DNA of 64,000 bases. Origin: Amphiscolops sp. MND2022. Its lineage: Eukaryota. This document shows, piece after piece, positions 54,236-64,000 of the stretch; positions within the stretch are counted from its first letter, which is position 1, and every line of letters starts with the position of its first letter. The position numbers and the translations under genes are program-made. Where the stretch lies: NCBI GenBank assembly GCA_964187785.1, contig OZ076409.1:13270001-13334000 (forward strand), in the 5' to 3' direction. Below the pieces are notes generated by a model, which was given only the letters and a program-made list of their open reading frames with translations, was not told the DNA's origin and searched no databases.

Positions 54236-54609
54236 TTTTTAAAACTATCTGAAAAAAAAGGATTTAGACATTTTAAAGCAAACCGGAAATTCAAATGCAA
54301 TGATAAAGATAATCCCAATCTAATAGATTTCGTACAGTTTTTGTTGATAATATTTTTCAAGAACGTAAATAAGGGGAGAAGTGGTAGAAATAACCAGGCT
54401 CGACATAAAAATCAACAAGCATGAAGAAAAATTCAAATAGCATCAGAATTCAACAGTAATTCGCTAACTAAACAATACGTTACTCTTAACAGAACCACGT
54501 TCAAAAACTTGTTTCGGACATGGATGATGGACTAAACTATGACAAACCTTCTTGAAATCTTAATTTCAGCGAAAAAGTTTGTATCAAAAAATTTCAACAG
54601 GATTGATGA

Positions 54610-54807
54610 TTAATGTTCCAAGACTCCTTTGGAAATGGTTTCCAGCTCCTGGAACTCAGGCAGAAGACGGAATGCTGTTTCAACACAACGACGGATTTTA
54701 TCTGTAGTTCCAATTTCTAACCAGCCGTCAATTTCGGTCACACTTTCTTCACTTCCGTCGTTTTTGTGGATCAAGTATTGCACGGCATCAATGTGGATAT
54801 CCTTCAA
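54610..54807 (-). CDS. GTF3C5: TFIIIC 63-kDa subunit (Tau95/Sfc1 family), exon 3 (last)
   Basis: (Q)LKDIHIDAVQYLIHKNDGSEESVTEIDGW matches GTF3C5 QLCDL..IIHRNDG.E..CTERDGW. TTTCAG acceptor, phase 0. Confidence 0.85.
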   Translation of the reverse strand: MKDIHIDAVQYLIHKNDGSEESVTEIDGWLEIGTTDKIRRCVETAFRLLPEFQELETISKGVLEH

Positions 54808-55211
54808 CTGAAACAAAAGACAGATACAGTACTCTGATTAGGAAATCATCCCCAAAATTTAAACTGCCCGATGTTAGCAGTTTTGATGGGCATTTGTTTG
54901 AAAATTTTAGAAAATTATTCCTAAATTTAATCGCAAATTTAGACTGCCCGATGTTAGGAATTTGAATTGGCACCATTTGTTTGATAATTTTTAAAAATTA
55001 TTCCTAAATCCGATCCCAAAATTCAAACCGACTGACGCTTAATTTCTATTGTCTTTATTTGGCTTATGAATTTTATTAAGATATACACTACTGTGATTAG
55101 GAAACAATCCCCCAGGCTATTTTAGACTCGGTTTTCTCGAATCCGGTTGAAAATTTTGTAAAACATCAAAAGTAAAAGCTTTTTGGAATTTCATCTAATT
55201 TACATTAGTTC

Positions 55212-55741
55212 TTTTAATCGGCGCCTTTTCCCTTAAAGGAAAAAAGCCCGACTATTACATTGGGTAGTTTTTTTTCTTTTTCAGCCTACAATCTCACTCT
55301 GAATGGTCCACTTTTCTTACAATCTTTGTTCATTTGTTCAACTAATTTTCTGAGAAGCCGGAGATCGTGGGTTCGATTCTCGCACTAAACCACAAATTTT
55401 TTATGCTTCCAAAAGTAGATGCGAGACCAAAGGTTTTCTTTCGTTTGATTTTTTCGGCACTATGCGACGTTTTTTTCGAAAATTTTCGGACTCTATCAAA
55501 GGGTAACCCCTTGCAGTTTTTTGAAGTTTTCGGTTTGTAAAAACGTTTAATGAGCCTGAATGGCCTCTTTTTGAGTTTTTCGGCATTGTGCGACTTTCTA
55601 AAAATAATACTTTTTTCCGAAAAGAAAATTTCAATTTTTTTTTGAAAAAAATAATTTTTCCAAATGTTTCCAATAGTTGTTCTTTGAATATTTTTGAGCC
55701 TTAGATATGGCGCCGACTTGAGACGATCCCGTCTTGTTTTT
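55212..55741 (+). mobile_element. Non-autonomous Helentron-like element, subfamily A, in GTF3C5 intron 2
   Basis: TTTTAATCGGCGCC start; GGCGCCGACTT GAGACG-ATCC-CGTCTT GTT end. Colinear with 10952-11465. Confidence 0.75.
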
Positions 55742-56119
55742 AATTTCTGAAACAAAAATTGAGAGTTACAAACTGATTTTGAGCACAGCCGAGACCTTTT
55801 GCCGTTTTTCCGATCAATTTTTGACTGTTTCATCCAGTTTTAGGCTAGTTTTTTGCTCAGTTAACTCCTTTAAATCTACTGAATCCATGGATGTGTATTT
55901 ACTAAATCCATATTCAAATGATCAAGCGATTTCGAAATATCAGGCTCAAATTCCTCAATTTACACGAATTTCACTTGATGCGCCAATCTAATTGAAAGTG
56001 ATAGCAAATGAACAATTTTAATTGGCTCAGAGCGTCATGGGGGGGACGATTTTTAATCACAGCACTGTACTCGAGTACAAAATTCTTACAATTAACATTT
56101 TGTCACAAATGGCTTATTA

Positions 56120-56240
56120 TTTTCCGACCCCACATTTTATAAATGGGGGATGAAAATCATGACCTGTGACGTGTTTTTCATTTTCCGACCCCACATTTCA
56201 TACATGGGGGAGGAAAATCATGATCTGTGACGCATTTTTT
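56120..56240. repeat. ~60-bp tandem duplication
   Basis: TTTTCCGACCCCACATTT.ATA.ATGGGG...GAAAATCATGA.CTGTGACG occurs twice. Confidence 0.85.
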
Positions 56241-56330
56241 TCCAAATTTTGCCAAATCTCCACCTTTTGATTGCTTGACTATTTTCTATAGCTATTAGTA
56301 ACTAAAATAGTCAAGTAACTAAAATAGCAT

Positions 56331-56478
56331 ACAGCGGGAATAATATCTAAAGTTAAAAAAGGGAACAAGATCTAAAGGGAATAAGATCTAGAATTTCAGG
56401 GCTGGAATAAGATCTAAAAGGAATAAGATCTAAAATCACTAAATTCTAGATCTTATTCTTTAGATCCTATTCCCTCCC
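56331..56478. mobile_element. Small foldback element built of GGAATAAGATCTA motifs
   Basis: Direct motif array on the left, inverted TAGATC(T/C)TATTC on the right; AAAATAGC flanks both sides. Confidence 0.6.
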
Positions 56479-56940
56479 AAAATAGCTATGGCTCAGTTGG
56501 TGAAGGCGAACAGGGCGGAAAATATCCCGGTGCTTAGCGGGTGTCTTGTTTCTTATAAATTGTCCAGATTTCAAGATTGCTTCTAGTCACGTTAACCAGT
56601 TATTCAATTGGCACTCAAATACTGCGAGTGGCTTAAGAGTAGAAAAACGAAGGGCGACTTTTTTGCACAGAACCTAAGGACGTTTTCTTTGAAACTAATT
56701 GCTTGCCAAAGGAATCTTGCCTGATAGACAAAAGATTGTTGGCGTAAAATGGAGTTTTTCGAAAAGTTTTCAACTCTCAAAAGTTTGAAACAGAAGCTCT
56801 TCGAGAATTCAAGACCATTTCCACAGAGGCGAAGCCGTGCTCGCAAACACTTGCGAAAAAAGCTGCGAACTTTTGAACAGAAAACCAAATGAGCAAGGGT
56901 CAAGGAGTCGGAAAATTTTTCTACTAATTGATCAATTTAA

Positions 56941-57520
56941 AACAAGACGGGAACATATAAAGTCGGCGCTATACTTAAGGCTCAAAAAGCGCAAAGTTTT
57001 AAAAAGATGCTAAGGACTATTCTTAGAATTTCATCAATTTTACAGTCCCAAAAAATACCCGAAGGGATAGGCACAAGAAACCACTCTTGTCCAACTGGAA
57101 ACAACGAAAAAATCTATTTTTGGAAAAATGGGATTTTTTTTCTTCCGAGAGACCTATTAAACTCAAAAACGATTTTGTGAAGCCAAAAATTTTGTACCAT
57201 TTTACCGAAAGAACTGTTTCGAAAAAAGTCACAGTTCCAAAAAAGCAGTTCGTCTTTTGCACAATTATTGAAAAAATTCTCATCAGTCCCACAGGACTAG
57301 AAAATAAATAAGAGGTTACCTTGAAACAGGGGAAAATCGAAACCTCCGGTTTGCTCAACTGAAAACCTCTCAAAAAAATTGAGAAAAAAATTCCCAAAAA
57401 ATAGCCGGTAAATAATCGCATAATTCCGAAAACCTTAAGCAGTCCTCTATGGTCGGAAAACGTTTTGTTTCTAGTTAGAATCGAGGGGGGTTCCAATGAA
57501 AACAAATTAGAAAGTTTACA
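56941..57520 (-). mobile_element. Helentron-like element 3' end and body (5' end not found)
   Basis: AACAAGACGGGAAC..AAGTCGGCGC..AGGCTCAAAAA terminus as in the other copies; right boundary approximate. Confidence 0.6.
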
Positions 57521-58402
57521 CCATCTTTAATTCCTCTCGGACTAAAGAAAATATAACTACTAAGCGTAGACGAAGTTTCGTATTCGCATTTGAACGAAGG
57601 CGAAGCTCTCGACGAACGAATAATTAACACTCGTTCGCTTCATTTCAATAACTCGAAAGCGTACGAAAGGAGTACGAAAGCGTAATTAGGCACATTTGCT
57701 CGCTTCATCTCAATGAATTCGGCGTACGAATGCATGATTATCAGTCGCTCGTTTCATCGCACGAGAATTGAAATGTCGTCGGCAACATTTGTCGTGCGAC
57801 AAGTTGACTGAGGATAATTGAACTGATGGGAACACTTTTGTGAGGTGAAAAATTTCCCAAAAAATCGCAGGTCGCACATTGCAAAAGATCAACCCTCAAA
57901 GTCCTTTGTAGCCCGAAAAATATACCAAAACGTGAAGAATTCTTTCAATCAACTTTTAATAATTTTTTATGGCCACTTCGACCGAATTGAAGAAAAACCC
58001 GACGAAAAGCCACAATAATCGCATTTGTATCATTAACATTAAAACTGTGAAAATTCGACATGGCTTCATTGCCTCTTGGACACGCATTACTCGACAAAAA
58101 AGCAAAAGGCAAAAAAGCTATCTGCATCTTCTCGAAAAACCTTGGTTGAAAGCCAAGAAATTGGAAAATTGCGAAAACGATTTTCTAAATAGAAAACTTT
58201 CCACATTTTGATGTTGAAAATGTAAAACAATGTTTCATTCATTAAATAATAGGAATTTTCTCGGTCGTAAAAATGATTTAGACTCTTTAGTTTTTTTGAA
58301 GAGACTGATCGAAGCTTCAACATTTCCGTGTTTCACACACCTGACAAACTTGATATGATTTGAAAAAACATCAACTTTGAATTAGTCAATGTTGCAACAT
58401 AC

Positions 58403-59022
58403 TTGGGTGAAAATGTTATAACACGGTGGAAGCTGATCCGGGTATATTGCGAAATCTGCTTTGGAAATTTCTTTTCTGGTCAACATCTTTTCTTCTGCTG
58501 TGGAATGTAGCGTGGTTCCAGCCGGAGTTTTTCCAAAAGCTGACTTGTTAATCTTCCTTGAGCCAGCAAGCTCATCCGTCATGACTATACTCCGGAAGCG
58601 TTTGGGCAACCGATAGTCAAATGTTTGATGAATTTTAGCGCTGGGATCTTTTCGAGGATCATAACCAAAACGAATCCATTGTCTAGCCCATGGACCAGTG
58701 AAGCACAAATAGGCATGTCTTTGAACAGATCCTTTGAGTAATATCTTCTGACTTTGCTCACTGTGTCTAAACTCGTAGCACAATGCTTTTGTGAGCCAAC
58801 ACGGTTTCTGTTCAAACAATTTGGCCAGCTGATCAGAAAGAGCTCTGAGTCTTCCGGTCATAGACTGGTTCGCAATTGCAGAACATATTTCAGTTGGCAC
58901 TGTTTGTTCATTGAAACGCAAATACTGGGTACCGTTTAGTCGACGGCGACGATTAGAATGATCCACAAAGTCCTCTGCAGTTGCAGGTAAACGTCGCTTC
59001 AGGGATTTTTCGGGACCAGCAG
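58403..59022 (-). CDS. GTF3C5: GTF3C5 exon 2
   Basis: KLFEQKPCWLTKAL..AYLCFTGPWARQWIRFGYDPRKDPSAKIHQTFDYRL (Tau95 signature GPW..W.RFGYDPR). TTTTAG acceptor phase 1, GTATGT donor. Confidence 0.92.
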
Positions 59023-59392
59023 CTAAAACTTTACATCCATCACTGGTTTAAATTACCATTCATCCTCACAAGATTATCAAGAAATGCTAGAATTATATCA
59101 GCTCACTACAACTGCCATCATTGCGATATGTAGTGGATAATTTATTCAAGGCAGTCTAAAACGAAGGAAAGGCAAGATTTTGGCCGACACTCCTAAAAAT
59201 TAATTCCAAAAACTCAGGGGACCAGCGATTACATGACCAGAAGATGCAAATTTGGGCGGAAAATATTCTCATCTGACACAACCTTGTTAATTATTATTTG
59301 AGAAACGTCTTCATGTAGGATCTCAGATTACAAAGAACAGAATAGATCTTGACTAGCATTTCTCGAAGTAATAAGAAAGAATGAGCCCCTAC

Positions 59393-59918
59393 CTGACTGA
59401 TCTTTCCGGTAGTAAAAGCTGACAGGTCTATCAAAGCGTGAAAAAACTACAGGGGAAATAGCCACGGGTAAATCTTGCGAAAAAAAATCTTCATAAGATT
59501 GAAACGGCGCATTTTCGTCATAGCACAGCATATGTTTCTGTATATCTAACAGTTTCCCACATTTATTTCTCTCGAGCGGTAAATATTGAAAATCAGCCAA
59601 TGATATGAAATCGTAACAAAAAGAAGTCACTCCGACTACTGAGCATTCCAAGAGTTCGGGTTTCTTCTTCCTACTTTTACTGCGTTTCACACGAACTTTA
59701 ATCAGAAGTGAATTATCAACAACTTGGCGATCACCAAAAAGAGGTTTTGCATATTTGTTTCCTGGGTCCAAAGTCAAACTGAGTCTAAATTGGGGTTGCG
59801 CGAACGACTTGGTAAGCTGAGATTTGCCACCTAACGTCTCGATCATTTTCTCAGTATTGCCGACAACTGCAGGATAGTTCACGAGACATAGACTTCTTTG
59901 AGTGAGCTCCGTTTCCAT
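59393..59918 (-). CDS. GTF3C5: GTF3C5 exon 1
   Basis: VNYPAVVGNTEKMIETLGG..YAKPLFG..LLIKVRV..YDFISLADFQYLP..PVVFSRFDRPVSFYYR (Tau95 N-domain). The three exons sum to 1344 nt = 447 aa + stop. Confidence 0.92.
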
Positions 59919-60824
59919 CTGAAAATCATGATTGAAGAAAACTGCCCTACTGACTATTTCAAACCCAAAGAATTAGGTACATCTATCCATTCCGTAAATT
60001 TTTTCAATTCCTCACTCAGATAAGAGATTGTTGTCATTTATTTTATGCCAAATAGGTAATCGTGTTAGGGGTGGTGACTATTCATAGCTCCGAATTCAAA
60101 ATCTAGTGCCATGGCTCCGAAATTTCTAACGTATTATTTTCACACGTAAAATCCGCGCAAGTTGACAAAAAATTAAGTTGTTTCTTTTGTATTTTCTCCT
60201 GAACTGTCAATGCTCTTAGTTGCCAGTGATTTCTTAAATCTGGATTTACACAGATAATTAAAATAAATTTTAGGAGTTATGACACTCGAGCTTGTTTTCG
60301 GAGCTATTTTTTTCTCCTCTATCAGATATCATGGATCTTCGTCATCAATCAAGTGCCATGTGTATCATCATGTTGGGGGGAGAAGACACACACCCGTGGT
60401 CTGCAACGAAAGTAGGAAACTTCATACCAGCCACTATCCCAGTAGCAAAAAGAAACAACCAACACACTACTCATACCAGCCTCTATCGCAGTCGACCGGT
60501 AGAAATTTTTTTAAGCTGCAATGATAGAGGTTTTTTTCAAAAAAGCTATATGTAATAAATTTCTTCGAACGCATCTCTGTCGCTCACAGTTCAAAGAACA
60601 CATGCCTCATTGCCGATCTGGAGCCATTGAAATCTGTTTTTTCAAAAAGGTGATCTCTCATTGATAGTCGTGCTAACGACAGAGCATTTTACAGAGATGC
60701 GTGATGAAAATTTCATTGCTCTCGCCTAAAGAACCCTGTACTTCAGAGGCCACAGGTTGAAAATATATACATCGTCTATTAATTCGCGATACTTCGCAAT
60801 TTTACGCGCTTCAGCCTCGGTGGG

Positions 60825-63035
60825 CTTCGACAATAATTTCGATTCACTAAGTTAGAATTTGAACTAGTGAAATAAGTTCGAATGGAATAGTTTCAATGTA
60901 ATGGAATAGTTTCCGGTGTAAATGAGAGCTCCACCGGCCCAGGATCTAAAAACTGGAATGTGAGGCATATTCAGTGCATGCACGCTCGCCCTAGCTACGT
61001 GGAATCAGTCCTAATGAAATAGAACTAAGAGAGGGGGCAAAACTGAGATCTGAATAAATTGATCTCAATAATCAGGTCTAAAAATCTCTTATTTGATCTA
61101 ATTCGAGAAAAAAAAATAAGTAAATTAGGATCTAAAACTAAAAAGTGATATAAAGTATAAAACGTGCCTCGGATATGTCGCCATTTCCTCTAGTGCCCGC
61201 GGCCCCTTGGGGCCGCTAATATTCCCATCTTACTAAGCGTGGTCGAACAGGAGCAAAACTAAGCGTGGTCTTTGCGACGGTGAGGGCGAGGGCGGTGGGC
61301 GTTTGGATCGAATGAATTTGCGCGAATATGCAATCTGTCACTGAGATCGAAGTAAAATGGTCAAAGAAAATGAGATCGAATCCATGTTTTCAAATACCTA
61401 GCGTTTTCAAATAACATTGTTTTTGGCCGTCGGATATGCCCCCCATTTCCTCTAATGCCCCGCGGCCCCTTGGGGCCGCTTATGTTCCCATCTTGCTAAG
61501 CGAGGTCGAACAGGAGCAAAGACCTAGCGGGAACGGAGATCGCGAAGCGATCGTAGTTGGAGCTGGTCCTTGCGACGGTGAGGGCGAGCGTGCATAAACC
61601 GTATATGATCCCATATTAGGTGGGGAAAACTACCTAAATAATTTTAAACGCTTTACAGGAGCGAAAACCTAGCAAAACCGGAAAAATTCGATCTCAAAAC
61701 CTTCGATCCATTTTCGATCTCGCTTTTCGCTCACACAAAAATTCGATCCAAAAATACCCCACCAGGGCGAGCGTGCATACATCGCATATGCGCCACATGG
61801 GTGAACGGAAATGGGTCGAAAGAAATGGGTCGAATCGGCCTCCTGTGCCATGGGTCGAATCTTCACCGTTTCGGAATTGGGTCGAATGGACTTGGGTCGA
61901 CCTTGAAAAATGCCAAGTTCAAGGGGGACAACATATTGATTTCGACCCAAGTCCATTCGACCCAATTCGACCTCAGTCAATTCGACCTAAGTTATTCGAC
62001 CAAAAGGGTCGACCTAATTCTTTTCGACCTATTCCTTTCGACCCATTTCATGCAATCCGCGCCACATTATATTTTCGCTTTCAGAAAACATATTAGATCA
62101 TAAAGGGGTTAGAACTAAGTATTTTAGATAAAATTAGATCTGAAAGTTAGACCTAACAGTTAGATCTTTTTCAATTAGACCCAAGCACTTAGAACAAAGG
62201 CGTACACATCGCTCGCCCTCACCGTCGCAGAGACCACCTCCCACTACGATCGCTTCGCGATCTCCAAGGGGCCGCGGGGCACTAGATGAAATAGGGAAAT
62301 ATCAGAGGCAGGTTTTATACTTACAACGGTTAGTTCAAAATTCGAACACAGTTATTCGAAATTGTTCCGATTTTTGGAAAATTCGAACATAGTCCATTCG
62401 AAATTGAAATTCGAACTTACGCGTTCGAACGTATTACCGTGCCCCTCTCGGTGGCGGTGGTTCCAGGGTTGCATAGAGAGCCTTGATTCGAATTAGGTCC
62501 AGTTTGTAGAATTTGTTCCCTACAAACTGGATCATTGAATTTTACAAACTGGATCATTGAATTCGACAAACTTGACATCCTTCACACAAGATCCTGAGAG
62601 CTCCACTGCCTAAGAAATATGGGAATAGGATCCAAAAACTGAAATATGGGGCATATCCGGTGTATGCACGCTCGCCCTAACCGTGGCAAAGACCAGCGCC
62701 CACTACGATCGCTTCGCCATCTCCGTTCCCGCTAGATCTTTGCTCCTGTTCGACCTCGCTTAGCAAGATGGAAACGTGAGCGGCCCAAAGGAGCGCGGGG
62801 CACTAGAGGAAATGGGGACAAATCCGAGGCACGTTTTATGCTTTGCATCATTCCTACATTACTGGTCTTATCGTTTTTCTTCAATTAGAGAACTCTACAT
62901 ATTGGTATCCTACAAACTGGACCTAACCAGTTTGTAGAATACCATTTTGTAGAATCCAGTTTTAGAAAAAAATTCTAAAAACTGGACCTCACTTTTCTAC
63001 AAATTGGATTCTGCCAACTGGTTTTCTACAAACTG
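60825..63035. mobile_element. Nest of non-autonomous DNA-transposon derivatives sharing a GC-rich core in both orientations
   Basis: Core (CCATTTCCTCTA.TGCCC.CGGCCCCTTGGGGCCGC..GGTCGAACAGGAGCAAA..GATCGCGAAGCGATC..GACGGTGAGGGCGAG) on + at ~61155-61290, ~61427-61620, ~61764-61798 and on - at ~60925-60992, ~62205-62322, ~62596-62842. Confidence 0.75.
61799..62058. mobile_element. Mutator-like foldback MITE
   Basis: Perfect 9-bp TSD GCGCCACAT (61790-61798, 62059-62067). GG..CC termini; arms are inverted arrays of GGGTCGAA / TTCGACC. Confidence 0.88.
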
Positions 63036-63745
63036 GTTTCATACCCTTGATTCAGATGTCTCTGGGCAAGAGCATCCACAACTGTGACATCCCACACCAG
63101 CTGTTTACCTATTTCCCAAGGAATCATGGTAACAGCGTCTGAGTGTTCGCCATCAGTTTGGTACAGTCCACGCGGTTCGAGCATTGAAGGCAAGTCGAAA
63201 GATCCCAACGTCTGCTTTATAAGAGAATTGAAAGTAGCATGACGTCAGACGCGACTAGCAATTTTGGTGCTAGAAAGACCGTGTAAACCGTCCCGATCAA
63301 CTCTTTTACCACAGTGGCACGTATGCGCAACAGAGATATTGGCTCCGAGACCCAAACCAATTGAAATCCGAAGCCGCGGATCATCAAGTTTCAGGTCTAG
63401 ATTCTTGCTAGGGACGACGTTGAGCCATAGAGACCCGAACTTGCGTTGATGAGCATTAAAAACTTCATAACGTTTGTCATCCATTCTAGAAATCAAATCT
63501 TGGGCGTATTTGACGTAGACAGGTTGTGTCCAGTTTTTCAGAGTCCCACCGAGAGGACTTTCCTGTTCATTCGTCATTTCAACCATTTCTCAAACGCTTT
63601 TATAAACGAAACATCTTCAAGTGTTTCCGAGAAAATCGTCGTGAGAAAGTCACTCACACCAAAAGCTGAGACCAGAAGGGCGGGAAATGCTAATAATGAT
63701 GCGGATGAAACCCCAAGACCACCCATCTCTGCGGTTATGATGGAA
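63035..63745 (-). mobile_element. Fragment of an RLE-type (CRE-like) non-LTR retrotransposon: post-RT region, Zn knuckle, restriction-like endonuclease; disabled
   Basis: GGLGVSSASLLALPA, WLNVVPS..LKLDD..LRISIGL.LG, HTCHCG..VD..GLHGLS, RH..FN, EPRGL..(PD degenerate)..IPW..GKQLVWDVTVVD. Confidence 0.8.
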
Positions 63746-64000
63746 TCCGAAAAAAAGCTGGAGAAGATTTGATTACTGAATCACCGTGAAAAAGAAAACT
63801 TGGCTAACTGTACGCCGAGTGTGAGTACTAATAAATTTCAGGGTGTATTTCAGAGGTTTCCTCTAGCACGAAATGTCGGTTTATCGAATTGAAAGCGTTT
63901 TCAAAGTCAATTTTCAAAAATGGGTTTCTTTGGGCTGTGTAATTTCTATCAAACAACGGAAAACAGGTGAGGCCAATTCAGCGTCCCTTTTGGTGCCTAC

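Overview
AT-rich, repeat-dense animal genomic DNA with spliceosomal GT-AG introns. An invertebrate source such as an acoel is only my impression and cannot be established from the window. Five host genes are recognisable: a divergent GRB2-like SH3-SH2-SH3 adaptor (- strand, ~13.9-15.6 kb, 3' exons unresolved), a two-exon DEG/ENaC channel (+ strand, 39.4-42.1 kb), and a compact co-oriented minus-strand trio GTF3C5 (3 coding exons, 447 aa) -> BMS1 (one coding exon, 1164 aa) -> CPSF2 (4 coding exons, 760 aa). The trio is separated by only 374 and 793 nt, and each start codon sits just behind a T-rich TTTTCAG acceptor, so it is a candidate polycistronic/trans-spliced cluster; short cis 5'UTR introns are the competing explanation. 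The rest is mostly transposon material: a decayed APE-type LINE, a CRE-like RLE retrotransposon fragment, a tRNA-derived SINE, a Ty3/Gypsy element with LTRs, tRNA-Ser PBS, PPT and a TACAC target duplication whose 5' half plus flank is tandemly triplicated (3164-3165 bp period), at least six Helentron/DINE-1-type non-autonomous elements (some carrying tRNA 3' halves), two hAT MITEs with 8-bp TSDs (one 57 nt upstream of the GRB2-like ATG), and several Mutator-like foldback MITEs whose arms are arrays of different short motifs. All calls come from reading the sequence by eye; no searches were run and identity values are estimates.
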